Positions 41,632 through 53,080 of a stretch of DNA of 64,000 nucleotides are shown here, piece by piece. Below the pieces are notes generated by a model that was not told the DNA's origin, searched no databases, and saw nothing but the letters and a program-made list of their open reading frames with translations. The DNA lies in NCBI GenBank assembly GCA_963793425.1, contig CAWCAG010000005.1, forward strand, positions 1,184,001 to 1,248,000, in the 5' to 3' direction. This DNA comes from an uncultured cyanobacterium. GTDB taxonomy: Bacteria > Cyanobacteriota > Cyanobacteriia > Cyanobacteriales > CAWCAG01. Position numbers and translations under genes: made by a program. Position 1 is the stretch's first letter. Each line of letters starts with the position of its first letter.

Positions 41632-42231
41632 TCAAGAATTATCTTCAGAGTTATTATTTAATGATTGACGATGAGGCAAAATAGTCCCTAAAATTTGCTG
41701 GACTTGCATTTGGCCGTAGATATAAGCCTGGGATTTCGGCTTAACCTCAGATTTACCATTTTGCTCCGCTAATTTAGGCTCTTCTTCAGTGGCAGTCTCA
41801 GATTTGTTCTCATCTTCTAGGTCATCGCCATGAGAATCATCTTCTTCTGTATCTTGAAGTCCAGAATCAATTGGAGCTTGGCGAGAAGGATCTCCCAACA
41901 ATGAACCGGCTTGGATAACTTGCATTTCTTTAACAGAAGCATTAAAGATGGTCGTTGCTGCCCCTATACAAGCATTAGCACCAATCTTTCCTACACCGAC
42001 AATTAAAACTCCTACACCCAAGCTAGCGGAACAGCCTATTTCAATAACCCCTTTACAGGCATGAATAACTGTTCCCGAACCAATACAAACTCCCGCCTTA
42101 ACAACAATTTTGCTATTGGCTGCTGCTCTTAAAATGACTCCTGGAGCCAGGATTGCACTCGGATCAACTGTCACGTCACCGCTCAGATGAACTTGAAGAT
42201 CACCAACTGGTTGCAGAGGGCGCAAATACAT
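41632..42231 (-). CDS. ccmN: carboxysome protein CcmN
   Basis: Hexapeptide repeats, acidic linker, C-terminal encapsulation peptide YGQMQVQQILGTILPH. Confidence 0.92.
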   Translation of the reverse strand: MYLRPLQPVGDLQVHLSGDVTVDPSAILAPGVILRAAANSKIVVKAGVCIGSGTVIHACKGVIEIGCSASLGVGVLIVGVGKIGANACIGAATTIFNASVKEMQVIQAGSLLGDPSRQAPIDSGLQDTEEDDSHGDDLEDENKSETATEEEPKLAEQNGKSEVKPKSQAYIYGQMQVQQILGTILPHRQSLNNNSEDNS

Positions 42232-42361
42232 GATACTAATTCTCTCAAGTCAGGCTGTAGGGGGATTGAGGAGCTAGGGAGCTAGGGTAATAGAGAGCTA
42301 AAAGAGTATTACCTTTCCCCTTTCCCTTTATCCTTTGCCCCTTACCCTTTAACGGGTCTAC

Positions 42362-44797
42362 CTACTTTTTCCCATTTGGCCGTTGAATAACCTCTTCCAG
42401 CACCCTCCGTTTCTCTTTAGGGTTAATACCCAGTAAACGAACGTATTCCCCTTGATGTTCTGCTAAACAAGCTTCCAAAGCCGTAAGCACCTCTGCTTCT
42501 CGCTGAGACTCAATGGGGGAGCAACTGCGCCAAGAATTAATTTTGAAGCGGCGCTTGTCTGCGTGTTCTGTGCCAATTGTGTAATTTTGAGCAAGGAGAG
42601 AGCGTACTTGTTCAACCACTTCTGGGCCCAAGCTTCTGCTAGAGAAACTAGTTTTAGAATTAACGGTGTTATACCGAGGAGGCGAGCCTACATGGGTTGT
42701 AGTCTGGCTAGAAGCATGATTACTACTGCCGTTAGAAGTTGCTCTACCATCAGGACGCTGCACAACTATTTCCGCTACCCGGCGCTTAGCTTGGGAGTCT
42801 ACGCCAATGATACGTACATATTCCCCTTCATGCTCTACTAAGCACGATTCTAGTTCTGAGAGAACTTCTTGTTCACTGTTACCTTCGAGAAAACCACAAC
42901 TCAACCAAGAACTAGTCTTGAAACGCCGTTTGTTAGCGTGTTCTGAGCTGATTTTATAACCTTGTTGCAATAGGGAGGCAACTTGTTCAACCACATCTGG
43001 CTCTAAGCTAGTCCTAATAGAAGCAGAAGAGGAAGAAGGAAAAGAAGATTGCCTTCTCGAACTTTGGTAATTAGAAGAGCTTGGATTTGAGCTAGAACTT
43101 TGGCTAGAAATTGCTTTGCCATCAGGACGCTGAATAACTATTTCGGCAATCCTGCGCTTGGCATTAGCATCCACAGCAATGATACGAACATATTCTTGAG
43201 GATAGTTCACCAAAGCTGCTTCTAACTCGGCAATAACTTCTTTGGCTCTTGTCCCCCGAACTGAAGTCGCCCCCAACCAGGAACTAGTCTTAAAACGCCG
43301 TTTATTAGCATGTTCTAAACTAATTTTGTAGCCTTGTTGCAGTAGAGATTCAACTTGTTCAACAATCTCTGAATCTAAGCTACTACTAATAGAAGAAGAA
43401 GATTGCCTTCTTGAACTTTGGTAATTAGAAGAACTTGAGTTTGAGTGAGAACTTTGGGTGGAAGTTGCTTTGCCATCAGGACGCTGAATGACTATTTCAG
43501 CTATTCTGCGCTTAGCGTTAGCATCAACTACAATAATACGAACATATTTTTGGGGGTAGTTTACTAAAGCTGCTTCCAACTCAGCAATGACTTCTTTGGC
43601 CCTTGTACCTTTAATTGAAGAGCCAGTAAGCCAGGAGCTGGTTTTAAAACGCCGCTTATTAGCGTGTTCTAAACTTATTTTGTAGCCTTGGCTTAAAAAA
43701 GAGTTGATTTGTTCAGTAATATCCGGGTTTAAGCCACCGTTACCATTGTTTGCCTGGTAGCCATTGTTAGAGCCGTTATTGTGGCTACTTCTTGAAGTAG
43801 TGTAATTACGATAACTAGTAGATGATTTTTTGCTCTGTGAGCCATTATGATTTGACTTGCCATCAGGGCGTTGTACGACTGTTTCTGTAATCCGCCGCTT
43901 ATGTTCGGGGTCAATGCCAATTAAGCGTACATATTCCCCTGAATACTCATTTAAAGCTGCTTCTAATTCTGCTATTACCTGGTCTGTATGTCGTCCTTCA
44001 AGTGAAGGTGCGCTAAGCCAAGAGCCAGTTTTAAAGCGACGCTTGTTAGCGTGTTCTATGCCAATTTTATATCCCTGAGCTAACAGAGAACGTACTTGCT
44101 CTAAAGTTTCTGTATCTAAATCTGTTTGGCTGGAAACTCCAGCGCTTTTACTTTTATATGTATTATATGTACCCATTTTCTTATCTAGGGAAAGTAGACA
44201 ACGTTCATTTTCTGCACAAAGATAGCCAGCACCCAAAGCCTCATTAACTTCCACCACATGATGAGCAAATTCTTTGTCTGCTTCTGTCACATCAGGAAGG
44301 CGGTCTGCTTGTTGCTGGTTAGTAATTACAGTCCCGGAGGGAATATACTTGCCAGGGGGAATTTCTACATCTTGAATCAGGACGTGCATCATAATGATAC
44401 AGCCATTACCCACCTTGGCGTTAAAGACAGTAGAGCGAAAACCGATGAAGCACTCGTTTCCCACATAGGCTGGTCCGTGAATCAAAACCATGTGGGTTAT
44501 GCAAGTATCATCACCGACCCAAACCGAATATTCCCTACCATCATCTCCAGTGACTCGACCCTTTTCTAAACCGTGAATTACTACTCCATCTTGGATGTTA
44601 GTACTATCACCAATGTGAAACGGAGTCCCTTCATCAGCGCGGATAGATGTTCCTGGGGCTATCATCACCTTTGAGCCAATGTGAACATCTCCAATTACCC
44701 TGGAGAAAGAATGGACATAAGCTGTTTTATCAACTTGCGGCTCTGCTAAGTCTTCCGACCAAGGAGTTGGGGGAGCCGCTTGTCTGCGGGCTACCAT
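42362..44797 (-). CDS. ccmM: carboxysome protein CcmM (gamma-CA plus 5 SSUL domains)
   Basis: APPTPWS, RADEG and QDGVVIH motifs; five EHA(N/D)KRRFK..SW repeats. Confidence 0.97.
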   Translation of the reverse strand: MVARRQAAPPTPWSEDLAEPQVDKTAYVHSFSRVIGDVHIGSKVMIAPGTSIRADEGTPFHIGDSTNIQDGVVIHGLEKGRVTGDDGREYSVWVGDDTCITHMVLIHGPAYVGNECFIGFRSTVFNAKVGNGCIIMMHVLIQDVEIPPGKYIPSGTVITNQQQADRLPDVTEADKEFAHHVVEVNEALGAGYLCAENERCLLSLDKKMGTYNTYKSKSAGVSSQTDLDTETLEQVRSLLAQGYKIGIEHANKRRFKTGSWLSAPSLEGRHTDQVIAELEAALNEYSGEYVRLIGIDPEHKRRITETVVQRPDGKSNHNGSQSKKSSTSYRNYTTSRSSHNNGSNNGYQANNGNGGLNPDITEQINSFLSQGYKISLEHANKRRFKTSSWLTGSSIKGTRAKEVIAELEAALVNYPQKYVRIIVVDANAKRRIAEIVIQRPDGKATSTQSSHSNSSSSNYQSSRRQSSSSISSSLDSEIVEQVESLLQQGYKISLEHANKRRFKTSSWLGATSVRGTRAKEVIAELEAALVNYPQEYVRIIAVDANAKRRIAEIVIQRPDGKAISSQSSSSNPSSSNYQSSRRQSSFPSSSSASIRTSLEPDVVEQVASLLQQGYKISSEHANKRRFKTSSWLSCGFLEGNSEQEVLSELESCLVEHEGEYVRIIGVDSQAKRRVAEIVVQRPDGRATSNGSSNHASSQTTTHVGSPPRYNTVNSKTSFSSRSLGPEVVEQVRSLLAQNYTIGTEHADKRRFKINSWRSCSPIESQREAEVLTALEACLAEHQGEYVRLLGINPKEKRRVLEEVIQRPNGKK

Positions 44798-44869
44798 TGA
44801 TTGAATCCTCCTAATACAACAAGCAATCCCTGATTAAATTAATGAGGGTAGTGCAACACAAAGTTAAAG

Positions 44870-45172
44870 TTAGCGATATTGCTCTCTTTTGCTATAAATC
44901 AAGCTATTTTCTACAGTAACTGTATCTATAATTCCTATTACCGTGGCATCTAGGGGACGCTCCTCACTACCAACTTCTTGACGAGCTGCACTACCGCGGC
45001 TGATTAATACCCATTCGCTAATACCAGCTCCTACTCGGTCTGCTGCCACTTCATACTTCGGCACAAGCAGTCCCTCTTCATCTACAAATTGTACCAAGAG
45101 TAGCTTAACTCCTGTCATACTAGGGAGCTTTTGTGTGCTAACAACTGTGCCACGAACCTGAGCAATTTGCAT
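44870..45172 (-). CDS. ccmL: carboxysome pentamer CcmL
   Basis: MQIAQVRGTVVSTQK...YEVAAD.VGAG. Confidence 0.97.
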   Translation of the reverse strand: MQIAQVRGTVVSTQKLPSMTGVKLLLVQFVDEEGLLVPKYEVAADRVGAGISEWVLISRGSAARQEVGSEERPLDATVIGIIDTVTVENSLIYSKREQYR

Positions 45173-45230
45173 TAATTAAGGAATGGAGATTTAGATGGTA
45201 GGAAGAGACTAGAAATAATTAACTAAACAC

Positions 45231-45569
45231 TTATCTAGGTAAGGATCTTGGAGCATAAACGCTCTCACGGAATTGCTCTACTGCTTCGCTGTAACGAATA
45301 GGTAATACGTATTCTAGGTTTTCGTGAGGACGAGCAATAATGTGAGTGGAAAGTACTTGACCTCCGTTAACTCTTTTGACATTTTCTACTCCAGCCGCTA
45401 CCGAAGCTTGAACTTCTGATACGTCGCCGCGAACAATTACTGTGACGCGACCTGTACCAATTTTTTCATAGCCTACTAAGGTGACACGAGCGGCTTTGAC
45501 CATGGCATCAGCAGCTTCTACCACTGCTGGGAAACCCAAGGTTTCAATCATTCCTACTGCAATAGACAT
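45231..45569 (-). CDS. ccmK1: carboxysome hexamer CcmK1 (C-terminal extension)
   Basis: BMC domain, 112 aa. Confidence 0.92.
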   Translation of the reverse strand: MSIAVGMIETLGFPAVVEAADAMVKAARVTLVGYEKIGTGRVTVIVRGDVSEVQASVAAGVENVKRVNGGQVLSTHIIARPHENLEYVLPIRYSEAVEQFRESVYAPRSLPR

Positions 45570-45642
45570 GGATTCTTAAACTCCTAAAAAATTAATTGGG
45601 ATTGAAAATAACTAAGGTGGGAAGTTGGCAAGTTATCTTAAG

Positions 45643-45951
45643 CTACATTCGGAACTGCTCTACTTCTTCGGTATAGCGAATGGGTAGGACATATTCCAAG
45701 TTTTCATGGGGACGGGCAATAATATGGGTAGATAAGACCTCACCGCCGTTGACACGATTAGCTGCATCAGTGCCGGCAGATACTGAGGCTTGAACCTCTG
45801 ATACATCGCCGCGAACAATTACTGTGACGCGACCTGTACCGATTTTTTCATAACCTACCAAGGTAACGCGAGCGGCTTTGACCATGGCATCAGCAGCTTC
45901 TACCACTGCTGGGAAACCCAAGGTTTCAATCATTCCTACCGCAATTGGCAT
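45643..45951 (-). CDS. ccmK2: carboxysome hexamer CcmK2
   Basis: BMC domain, 102 aa, ends YTEEVEQFR. Confidence 0.92.
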   Translation of the reverse strand: MPIAVGMIETLGFPAVVEAADAMVKAARVTLVGYEKIGTGRVTVIVRGDVSEVQASVSAGTDAANRVNGGEVLSTHIIARPHENLEYVLPIRYTEEVEQFRM

Positions 45952-46605
45952 ATCTCAAATTTCCTCTACAATAAGCCAAGCTCATTTTCATATAATTGCC
46001 ATTTTATTTAAGCCAATTTTTTGTGCAACTAAACTCATCCAGCCAAGACAACAGCTAGATACAAAATCTAGGTATGAAACAGGTTTCCACAACTCAATAA
46101 ATATATTAAAGTCACAATTAACACATCCCATCTAAGCAAGTAAATAAAAATTGACTCTTGGCGAAATATTGAAATGGCTAATTTTTTTAACTCTATAAAT
46201 AAAGCATAGGAAAGCTTTGTACCTTTGACAATATAAGTCTTTATAATATTTTAAAATCGCAAAGTTAATAAAAATTAATGTATCCCCTGTGATCATTGAA
46301 AATTCGACCTTTGACTAGAAGGCTTCTTCGTGTTTTATAATTTCTTTATAAATTCAAGATAATCTTGAGGGTTGCAGATACTAGCCTTTGATTTCTCACA
46401 GAACTTGCTCTATCGGCAGTGGTAGGTAAGAATACTTCCTAGAGAAGAAGAGTCAGGCTTTAACGGAAAAAGCTTAGATATCTCAGACCAAGTTTAAAAA
46501 CAATGTCTCTACACTATTTAAATCTTTTGTTTTTCAAGATTTAAATAGCTGATTTTAAAAGGAGAAAATTTATGGTCAGTATAATGATTTTTTCAAGCAA
46601 ATTTA

Positions 46606-48510
46606 ATGACTGATTTTTTAATTAATAACTATTGGTTCCTTCCTTTATACGGACTAATAGGGGCGATTCTTAGCTTACCTTGGTCAGTAGGAATTATTCG
46701 CACCAAAGGGCCGAGGCCAGCAGCTTATATCAATTTATTCATGACTTTATTGGCTCTTGTTCATGGGTCAATTGTTTTAGCTTTGATTTGGCATCAAGAA
46801 CCTCAACAATTGGTTTTCTCTTGGTTAAAAGTAGCTGATTTAGACTTATCTTTGGCTATTGAAATCTCTCCCATTAGTATGGGAGCTATGGAAGTCGTCA
46901 CAGGTATTAGCTTTCTTGTCCAGATATATGCCTTGGGCTATCTGGAAAAAGACTGGTCTTTGGCAAGATTCTACGGACTTATGGGCTTTTTTGAAGCAGC
47001 ATTAAGCGGTATTGCCATTAGCGACTCTTTATTTTTAACCTATGGTTTGCTAGAAATGCTCACCCTTTCTAGCTATTTACTGGTGGGATTTTGGTACGCT
47101 CAGCCTTTAGTAGTAACTGCAGCTAGGGATGCGTTTTTAACCAAAAGGGTAGGGGATATTATCCTTTTTATGGGTGTAGTGGCCCTTTCTGCTTATGGAG
47201 AAGGGCTTAATTTTAGCGAACTAGGAGAATGGGTACAAACATCTCCGGTTTCCCCCCTTACAGCTAACTTATTAGGTTTAGCTTTAATCGCTGGACCAAC
47301 GGGAAAATGCGCTCAGTTTCCTTTGAACCTTTGGTTAGATGAAGCCATGGAGGGGCCAAACCCTGCTGGAATTATGAGAAACTCTGTAGTTGTTTCGGCG
47401 GGTGCTTTTGTACTAATTAAACTCCAACCAGTTTTCACCCTCTCCCCCATTGCTTCTAACGCCTTAATACTTATCGGTATGGTTACAGCGATTGGGGCTT
47501 CTTTAATAGCCATTGCTCAAATCGACTTTAAACGCGCTTTATCCCATTCCACCAGCGCTTACTTAGGATTGGTCTTTATCACCGTTGGTATTGGACAACC
47601 GATCAATGTCGCTTTATTACTTCTGTTTACCCATGCTTTAGCTAAATCTCTACTGTTCATGAGTGCAGGTTCAGTCATTTTAGCTACCAGCGGGCAGAAT
47701 GTTACGGAAATGGGCGGCTTGGGGTCAAAAATGCCAGCTACCACCATCGCTTTTGTTGTCGGTTTAGCTGGGTTGGTAGCCCTATTACCAATGGGGATGT
47801 TTTGGGCAATGCAACAATGGATAGCGGGTTTCTTCGCTGTTCCTTGGTGGTTACTCGCCATGTTGCTCTTAATTAACTGTCTAAGCGCCATTAACCTAAC
47901 TCGTGTCTTCCGTTTAGTCTTTTTAGGTCAGCCTCAAATTAAAACCCGCCGTGCCTTAGAAGCACCTTGGCCCATGGCATTAGCAATGGTGTCTTTAACC
48001 GTTGTTACTCTTTTGATTCCTGTCATTTTCCAACAAAGACAGTTACTTTCTAATAGTAGAGAACTTATTTCTCAAAACGGTCTAATTTTTAGTCAGTTTG
48101 CCGTACCGTTACTAGTTTTCTCTGGTGCTATAGGTTGCTTAATTGGGGCTTTCATCGAACTGCGTCGTGCTTGGGCGAGGCCAAACCAATTTTATTTGCG
48201 CTTTATTCAAGACTTGCTTGCTTATGACTTTTATATTGAAAAACTTTACGATTTAACAGTTGTTTTTGCCGTTTCTTCCCTGTCCAAAATTACTACCTGG
48301 TTTGACCGCTATGTAGTTGATGGGGTGGTTAATTTAGTCGGTTTATTCACAGTATTTAGTGGCAATGCTTTAAAATACAGCATTTCTGGTCAATCCCAGT
48401 TTTATTTACTCACTATTTTGATAGGAGTAGGTTTGCTACTTAGTTGGTCAATGTCTGATGGTCAATGGTCTGTTTTAGTTGAACAATGGTCATTTCTAAT
48501 TGATAGGTAG
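46606..48510 (+). CDS. ndhF4: NDH-1(4) CO2-uptake subunit NdhF4
   Basis: GPRPAAYIN, EKDWSLARFYG, WLDEAMEGPNPAG; clustered with ndhD4 and cupB. Confidence 0.9.
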   Translation: MTDFLINNYWFLPLYGLIGAILSLPWSVGIIRTKGPRPAAYINLFMTLLALVHGSIVLALIWHQEPQQLVFSWLKVADLDLSLAIEISPISMGAMEVVTGISFLVQIYALGYLEKDWSLARFYGLMGFFEAALSGIAISDSLFLTYGLLEMLTLSSYLLVGFWYAQPLVVTAARDAFLTKRVGDIILFMGVVALSAYGEGLNFSELGEWVQTSPVSPLTANLLGLALIAGPTGKCAQFPLNLWLDEAMEGPNPAGIMRNSVVVSAGAFVLIKLQPVFTLSPIASNALILIGMVTAIGASLIAIAQIDFKRALSHSTSAYLGLVFITVGIGQPINVALLLLFTHALAKSLLFMSAGSVILATSGQNVTEMGGLGSKMPATTIAFVVGLAGLVALLPMGMFWAMQQWIAGFFAVPWWLLAMLLLINCLSAINLTRVFRLVFLGQPQIKTRRALEAPWPMALAMVSLTVVTLLIPVIFQQRQLLSNSRELISQNGLIFSQFAVPLLVFSGAIGCLIGAFIELRRAWARPNQFYLRFIQDLLAYDFYIEKLYDLTVVFAVSSLSKITTWFDRYVVDGVVNLVGLFTVFSGNALKYSISGQSQFYLLTILIGVGLLLSWSMSDGQWSVLVEQWSFLIDR

Positions 48511-48619
48511 TGGGGAGACTTGGAGACTCGGAGATAGTTTTTCAAAAGTAATAGTATATAGGTCAAACTTATTACTTATTACTTATTACTTATGCCAGAT
48601 GAGGAGTTAGTCAAATTTT

Positions 48620-50107
48620 ATGCTCAGTGTCTTTATTTTGTTGCCACTTTTAGGTGCGCTGACGATTAGTCTTTTGCCTCAAAAGTGGGAGCCTAGCCGT
48701 TATCGTTCGGTAGCTTTATTTTTTGCTAGTGCCATCTTGGTTTGGAATATTTTCCTGCTTTTCCAATTTGATCCAACTCAAGCTGAAATGCAGTTTTCTG
48801 AGAACATTAATTGGATTGAATGGATTGGTTTAAACTACCATCTTGGTTTAGATGGGTTATCTTTACCTTTGCTGTTTCTCAACAGTTTATTAACCTTAAT
48901 TGCCATTGTTTTCAGTAGTCGCTCTATTCCCCGGCCTCGTTTTTACTTTGCCCTCTTATTAATCTTGAGTGCTGGGGCATCGGGAGCATTTTTAGCTCAG
49001 GATTTATTGCTCTTTTTCCTTTTTTATGAAGTAGAAATTATTCCTTTATATTTTTTGATTGCTATTTGGGGAGGAAAGCGGCGAGGCTATGCAGCCATGA
49101 AGTTTTTACTATATACCACTTTTTCCGGCATTTTAGTATTAGCTTCATTTTTAGGTTTAGTTTGGTTTACCGGGGCAACTAGTTTTGATTACCAGGTATT
49201 ACGTTCCCAAACCCTACCTGTGGGAACGCAATTTTGGCTTTTAGGTAGCCTCTTAATTGGTTTAGGTATTAAGATCCCCATTTTCCCCTTCCATACCTGG
49301 CTACCAGACGCTCACGTTGAAGCTTCTACCCCCGTTTCTGTACTCTTAGCTGGAGTGCTTTTAAAATTGGGAACCTATGGTTTGTTAAGGTTTGGAGTTG
49401 GTTTGTTTTTAGAAGCTTGGACTATTTTTGCTCCTTGGTTAGCCACCATAGCAGCAATAAGTGCTTTATATGGAGCTTCCTGTGCGATCGCCCAAACTGA
49501 TATGAAGAAGGTGGTAGCTTATTCTTCTATTGCTCACATGGCTTACATTCTTCTGGCTGCTTCGGCAACCACTCCTTTGAGTTTAGTAGCTGCAATCTTC
49601 CAAATGGTGAGTCATGGCTTGATTTCGGCTTTGTTATTTATCTTAGTCGGACTAGTTTATGAAAAAACAGGAACCCGCGAAGTTAAAGCTTTAAGTGGTT
49701 TGCTCAATCCAGAGCGAGGTTTACCTATTACTGGTAGCCTAATGATAGTAGGGGTAATGGCCAGTTCAGGTATTCCAGGTATGGTGGGGTTCATCGCGGA
49801 ATTTGTGGTTTTTCGGGGTAGTTTTCCTATTTTTCCTGTACAAACTTTGTTCTGTATGGTCGGGACAGGCTTAACTGCTGTATATTTTTTATTAGTCATC
49901 AACCGCGTCTTTTTTGGTCGCCTCACAGAAAAACTATCTAATTTACCAAAGGTACAGTGGCGCGAACATATCCCTGCTTTAGTTTTAACAGCATTAATCA
50001 TTATTTTGGGGCTTCAACCCAACTGGATGTTGCGTTGGAGTGAGCCTCAAGGTTTAGCTTTGATTTCTCAACCTCGTGATTTGATTGTTTTAGAACAAAC
50101 TAAGTAA
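48620..50107 (+). CDS. ndhD4: NDH-1(4) subunit NdhD4
   Basis: HTWLPDAHVEAS, GLLNPERGLP. Confidence 0.9.
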   Translation: MLSVFILLPLLGALTISLLPQKWEPSRYRSVALFFASAILVWNIFLLFQFDPTQAEMQFSENINWIEWIGLNYHLGLDGLSLPLLFLNSLLTLIAIVFSSRSIPRPRFYFALLLILSAGASGAFLAQDLLLFFLFYEVEIIPLYFLIAIWGGKRRGYAAMKFLLYTTFSGILVLASFLGLVWFTGATSFDYQVLRSQTLPVGTQFWLLGSLLIGLGIKIPIFPFHTWLPDAHVEASTPVSVLLAGVLLKLGTYGLLRFGVGLFLEAWTIFAPWLATIAAISALYGASCAIAQTDMKKVVAYSSIAHMAYILLAASATTPLSLVAAIFQMVSHGLISALLFILVGLVYEKTGTREVKALSGLLNPERGLPITGSLMIVGVMASSGIPGMVGFIAEFVVFRGSFPIFPVQTLFCMVGTGLTAVYFLLVINRVFFGRLTEKLSNLPKVQWREHIPALVLTALIIILGLQPNWMLRWSEPQGLALISQPRDLIVLEQTK

Positions 50108-50175
50108 TTTGCTAATTGCTAATTGCTAGTTACTAATTGTGCAAGGCAATAGGAAATAAGAGACAGTACATTCTT

Positions 50176-50236
50176 AACTTATTACTTATTACTTATTACT
50201 TATTACTTATTACTTATTACTTATTACTTATTACTT
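50176..50236 (+). repeat. STRR (TTATTAC)n, about 8 units
   Basis: Tandem heptamers; also at 48568-48592 and inverted at 56747-56780. Confidence 0.85.
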
Positions 50237-50250
50237 CCCCCGTATTTGTC

Positions 50251-51381
50251 ATGGTAAGTACCCCAAAAAAGATTGCCCAACCTCCTCTTCCTGAATATAT
50301 TCGGCGTTTAGAATCAGGACAAGCTTTACTTGAAGATACTCCTGAAAATGTTATGGAAGTTGTTGGTATTCTCAAAAGTTATGGTGTTGTTTTAGATGCT
50401 TATTCCCGGAATTTAATTTATATTGCCGAAAATCAACTTTTCGTCTTTTTTCCCTTTTTTAAATATTTCAACGGCAAAGTATCCTTAAAAAAGCTACTTG
50501 CTCACTGGCAGCATGACCGCCTAAACTATGAATATGCTGAATACTGTATGAAAAGTATGTTTTGGCATGGTGGTGGTTGTTTAGATACTTATTTGGATTC
50601 TCCTGAATTTGAGCAAATAGCCCAAGAAGTAATTCAAGCTAAATTTAAGAGTAATCCTTTTTTCCAGACCATACATCTAGGATTCCCAGATTTTTTACCA
50701 GAACAAGTGCGCCAAATGTCCTATTACAGTGGTTTAGGGCAATTTTGGCGGGTAATGAGTGATATGTTTCTTTCTTTATCTGATGAGTATGACGCAGGAA
50801 AGATCAAATCTATTCCTCAAGTAGTGCAGCATATTCTTGATGGCTTAGTCGCAGCAGCTAATCAACCGATTACTTATCAAGTAACTATTCGCGGCAAGGA
50901 ATACAATATTCTTCCTCAATCGGCAGGATTGACTTTTTTGATGGATACTGCCGTACCTTATGTCGAAGCTATCTTTTTCCGAGGTACACCTTTTTTAGGA
51001 ACTATTTCTTATAACGCTCAAGCTTATCAAATTCCTTACGATCCTGGTTCCTTTACCTACGGCGCTTTGTATGCAGATCCTTTACCTATTGGGGGGGCGG
51101 GAATTCCTCCTACTTTACTAATGCAAGATATGCGCCACTTCCTGCCGGATTATCTTCATGAGTTATATAGTAAGAGTCTTAGGGGAGAGGATGATATTAG
51201 GGTACAAATTTGTCAAACTTTTCAAAAGTCAATGTTTTGTGTAACTACTGCCACGATCCAAGGTTTAGCCCCCCATCCTTTAGATACCTCAGATCCTCAA
51301 GAACAAACTGCTAATCGCCAATATTTAGCAGGTTGGATGAAACGTTTACAGAGTTCACAGATATTTAAGGCGAATGAGTAA
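50251..51381 (+). CDS. cupB: CO2 hydration protein CupB (ChpX), 376 aa
   Basis: EVVGILKSYGVVLDAYS, EYAEYCM..M.WHGGG, GAGIPPTLLMQDM; ATG at 50251. Confidence 0.92.
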   Translation: MVSTPKKIAQPPLPEYIRRLESGQALLEDTPENVMEVVGILKSYGVVLDAYSRNLIYIAENQLFVFFPFFKYFNGKVSLKKLLAHWQHDRLNYEYAEYCMKSMFWHGGGCLDTYLDSPEFEQIAQEVIQAKFKSNPFFQTIHLGFPDFLPEQVRQMSYYSGLGQFWRVMSDMFLSLSDEYDAGKIKSIPQVVQHILDGLVAAANQPITYQVTIRGKEYNILPQSAGLTFLMDTAVPYVEAIFFRGTPFLGTISYNAQAYQIPYDPGSFTYGALYADPLPIGGAGIPPTLLMQDMRHFLPDYLHELYSKSLRGEDDIRVQICQTFQKSMFCVTTATIQGLAPHPLDTSDPQEQTANRQYLAGWMKRLQSSQIFKANE

Positions 51382-52062
51382 TTGAGAATATTTTTTAATT
51401 GTTTGAGGCAGAAGATGATTGTGATAAGAGGGCGAATGTTTATCAGTCAAAAGCTTATTAATTGTTATAAAAATTAATCTTAAATAATTTTCTTTTTGTA
51501 TTACAAAATCTCCTAACAATTAAATCTGTTTTGATTTACAGCCACTTCAGACGTTAGCTTTTGAATTCTTTTGCTAGCTAATAACATCATAATTAAAATA
51601 TGAGTGAATATTATGCCATAAGAGAGATATTATTCAAGTTCATATTGAACAATGCAGATTTTGGTGATAGCATCACCTAATCTTGTCAGCAATAGGGATT
51701 AGATGCTTACAAATTCATCTAAACTCCATTACTCAGACTTATTTCATCAGCATCTACTACTTTTAAACTTAATAATTATTAGCCTTTGTCGTAATTTATT
51801 GTGTTCTCTTGAAAGGTTGAGGTAACTAGGAAAGAGTAACTTTTTTTCTAGATAAACAAATTTGGGCAATGTCCTTAATTTTGTGGCTGATATCCTTGAT
51901 ATTCACCTGTAGCCCTCACAAACTGACATAGACTACTAAAAATCAGGGAAATTTCTCTATAGCATGACTTAGGCTTCAAAGTAAATACTTTAAAAACATG
52001 ACTCTGAAGCCCGAAAGACTAGTAAAAATAATCGGAATACTCGCTAACAGTAGACCATACTC

Positions 52063-53016
52063 ATGAAACTGATCAAACTAGGGTCAGGGAGCTTCTACAT
52101 TATTGCCTTGACGGCAATAATTTCCCTAGTTGCTGGGAGTTCCCCGGCCATTGCCCAACCACCACCAATCGAGAATACAGCTTCAGCATCTGGAGACAAC
52201 CTGCCAACGGGGGGGGTTGATTCTAACCTTAATCGCATTGTTATCTCCAACACCATCACCACTCCTGTTAATGTGGCTGAACCAGCCCAATTAGAGCTGA
52301 TTAAAACCGCAGACAGAGCAGCAGCAGAGCCAGGAGATACGGTAGTTTATCGCTTATCTCTGAAAAACTCTGGTACAACAGCAGTTACTGGATTTACCAT
52401 CACAGACACCATGCCCTTGGGGTTAAACTTTCTCAGCGAATCTCTTCAAGGCTCAATTACTGATGGTACAAGTACTACACCAACAACTTTGCCAACAGCA
52501 ACTAGTTCAGGGCGAACAGTTACCTTTACATCTTCAGATACCCTAAATCCGGGTCAAATTCTTAATGTTATTTATGCCGCTGTAGTTACCCCAGATGCAG
52601 TCAGGGGTGACGGTAGAAATACGGCACAGGAACCCCGTAGTAATTTAGCTAGCTATCGGCTGCGGATTCGCCCCGGAATTCTCTCTGACTGCGGTACAGT
52701 TGTCGGTCGGGTTTTTGTTGATAAAAACTTCGATGGTGAACAACAACCAGGAGAATCTGGAGTACCTAACGCCGTAGTAATTATGGATGATGGCAACCGC
52801 ATTACTGCTGATGCCAACGGGTTATTTTCTATGGCCAACGTAATTTCCGGCAATAGGACGGGTACTCTCGACCTAAATAGTTTACCTGGATATACCCTAG
52901 CTCCCAACCTTTACTTTATCGAGCGCAACAGTCAGTCTCGCTTAGTACGTTTAGAACCAGGTGGACTAGTAAGAATGAACTTTGCTGTAACTCCAGCTTC
53001 TGGAGAAGAACAGTAA
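52063..53016 (+). CDS. secreted DUF11 (isopeptide Ig-like) plus SdrD-B-like protein
   Basis: Signal peptide ending PAIA-Q; LELIKTAD..AEPGDTVVY...TDTMPLGL...RNTA; GRVFVDKNFDGEQQPGE. Confidence 0.85.
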   Translation: MKLIKLGSGSFYIIALTAIISLVAGSSPAIAQPPPIENTASASGDNLPTGGVDSNLNRIVISNTITTPVNVAEPAQLELIKTADRAAAEPGDTVVYRLSLKNSGTTAVTGFTITDTMPLGLNFLSESLQGSITDGTSTTPTTLPTATSSGRTVTFTSSDTLNPGQILNVIYAAVVTPDAVRGDGRNTAQEPRSNLASYRLRIRPGILSDCGTVVGRVFVDKNFDGEQQPGESGVPNAVVIMDDGNRITADANGLFSMANVISGNRTGTLDLNSLPGYTLAPNLYFIERNSQSRLVRLEPGGLVRMNFAVTPASGEEQ

Positions 53017-53080
53017 CACCTCAAAAATTGAAATTAACTAAGAAATTTAATAAGTAGCCGTCAAATCAGGGGAAGGGATC

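Noticed and set aside
50137..50250. N-terminal extension of CupB (LLLITYY repeats)
   Set aside because: This is translation of the TTATTAC tandem repeat; ATG at 50251 gives a normal-length CupB.
46606..51381. ndhF3-ndhD3-cupA (inducible CO2 uptake)
   Set aside because: The 376-aa Cup length, F4-type sequence, absence of cupS and linkage to ccmK favour the F4/D4/CupB system.
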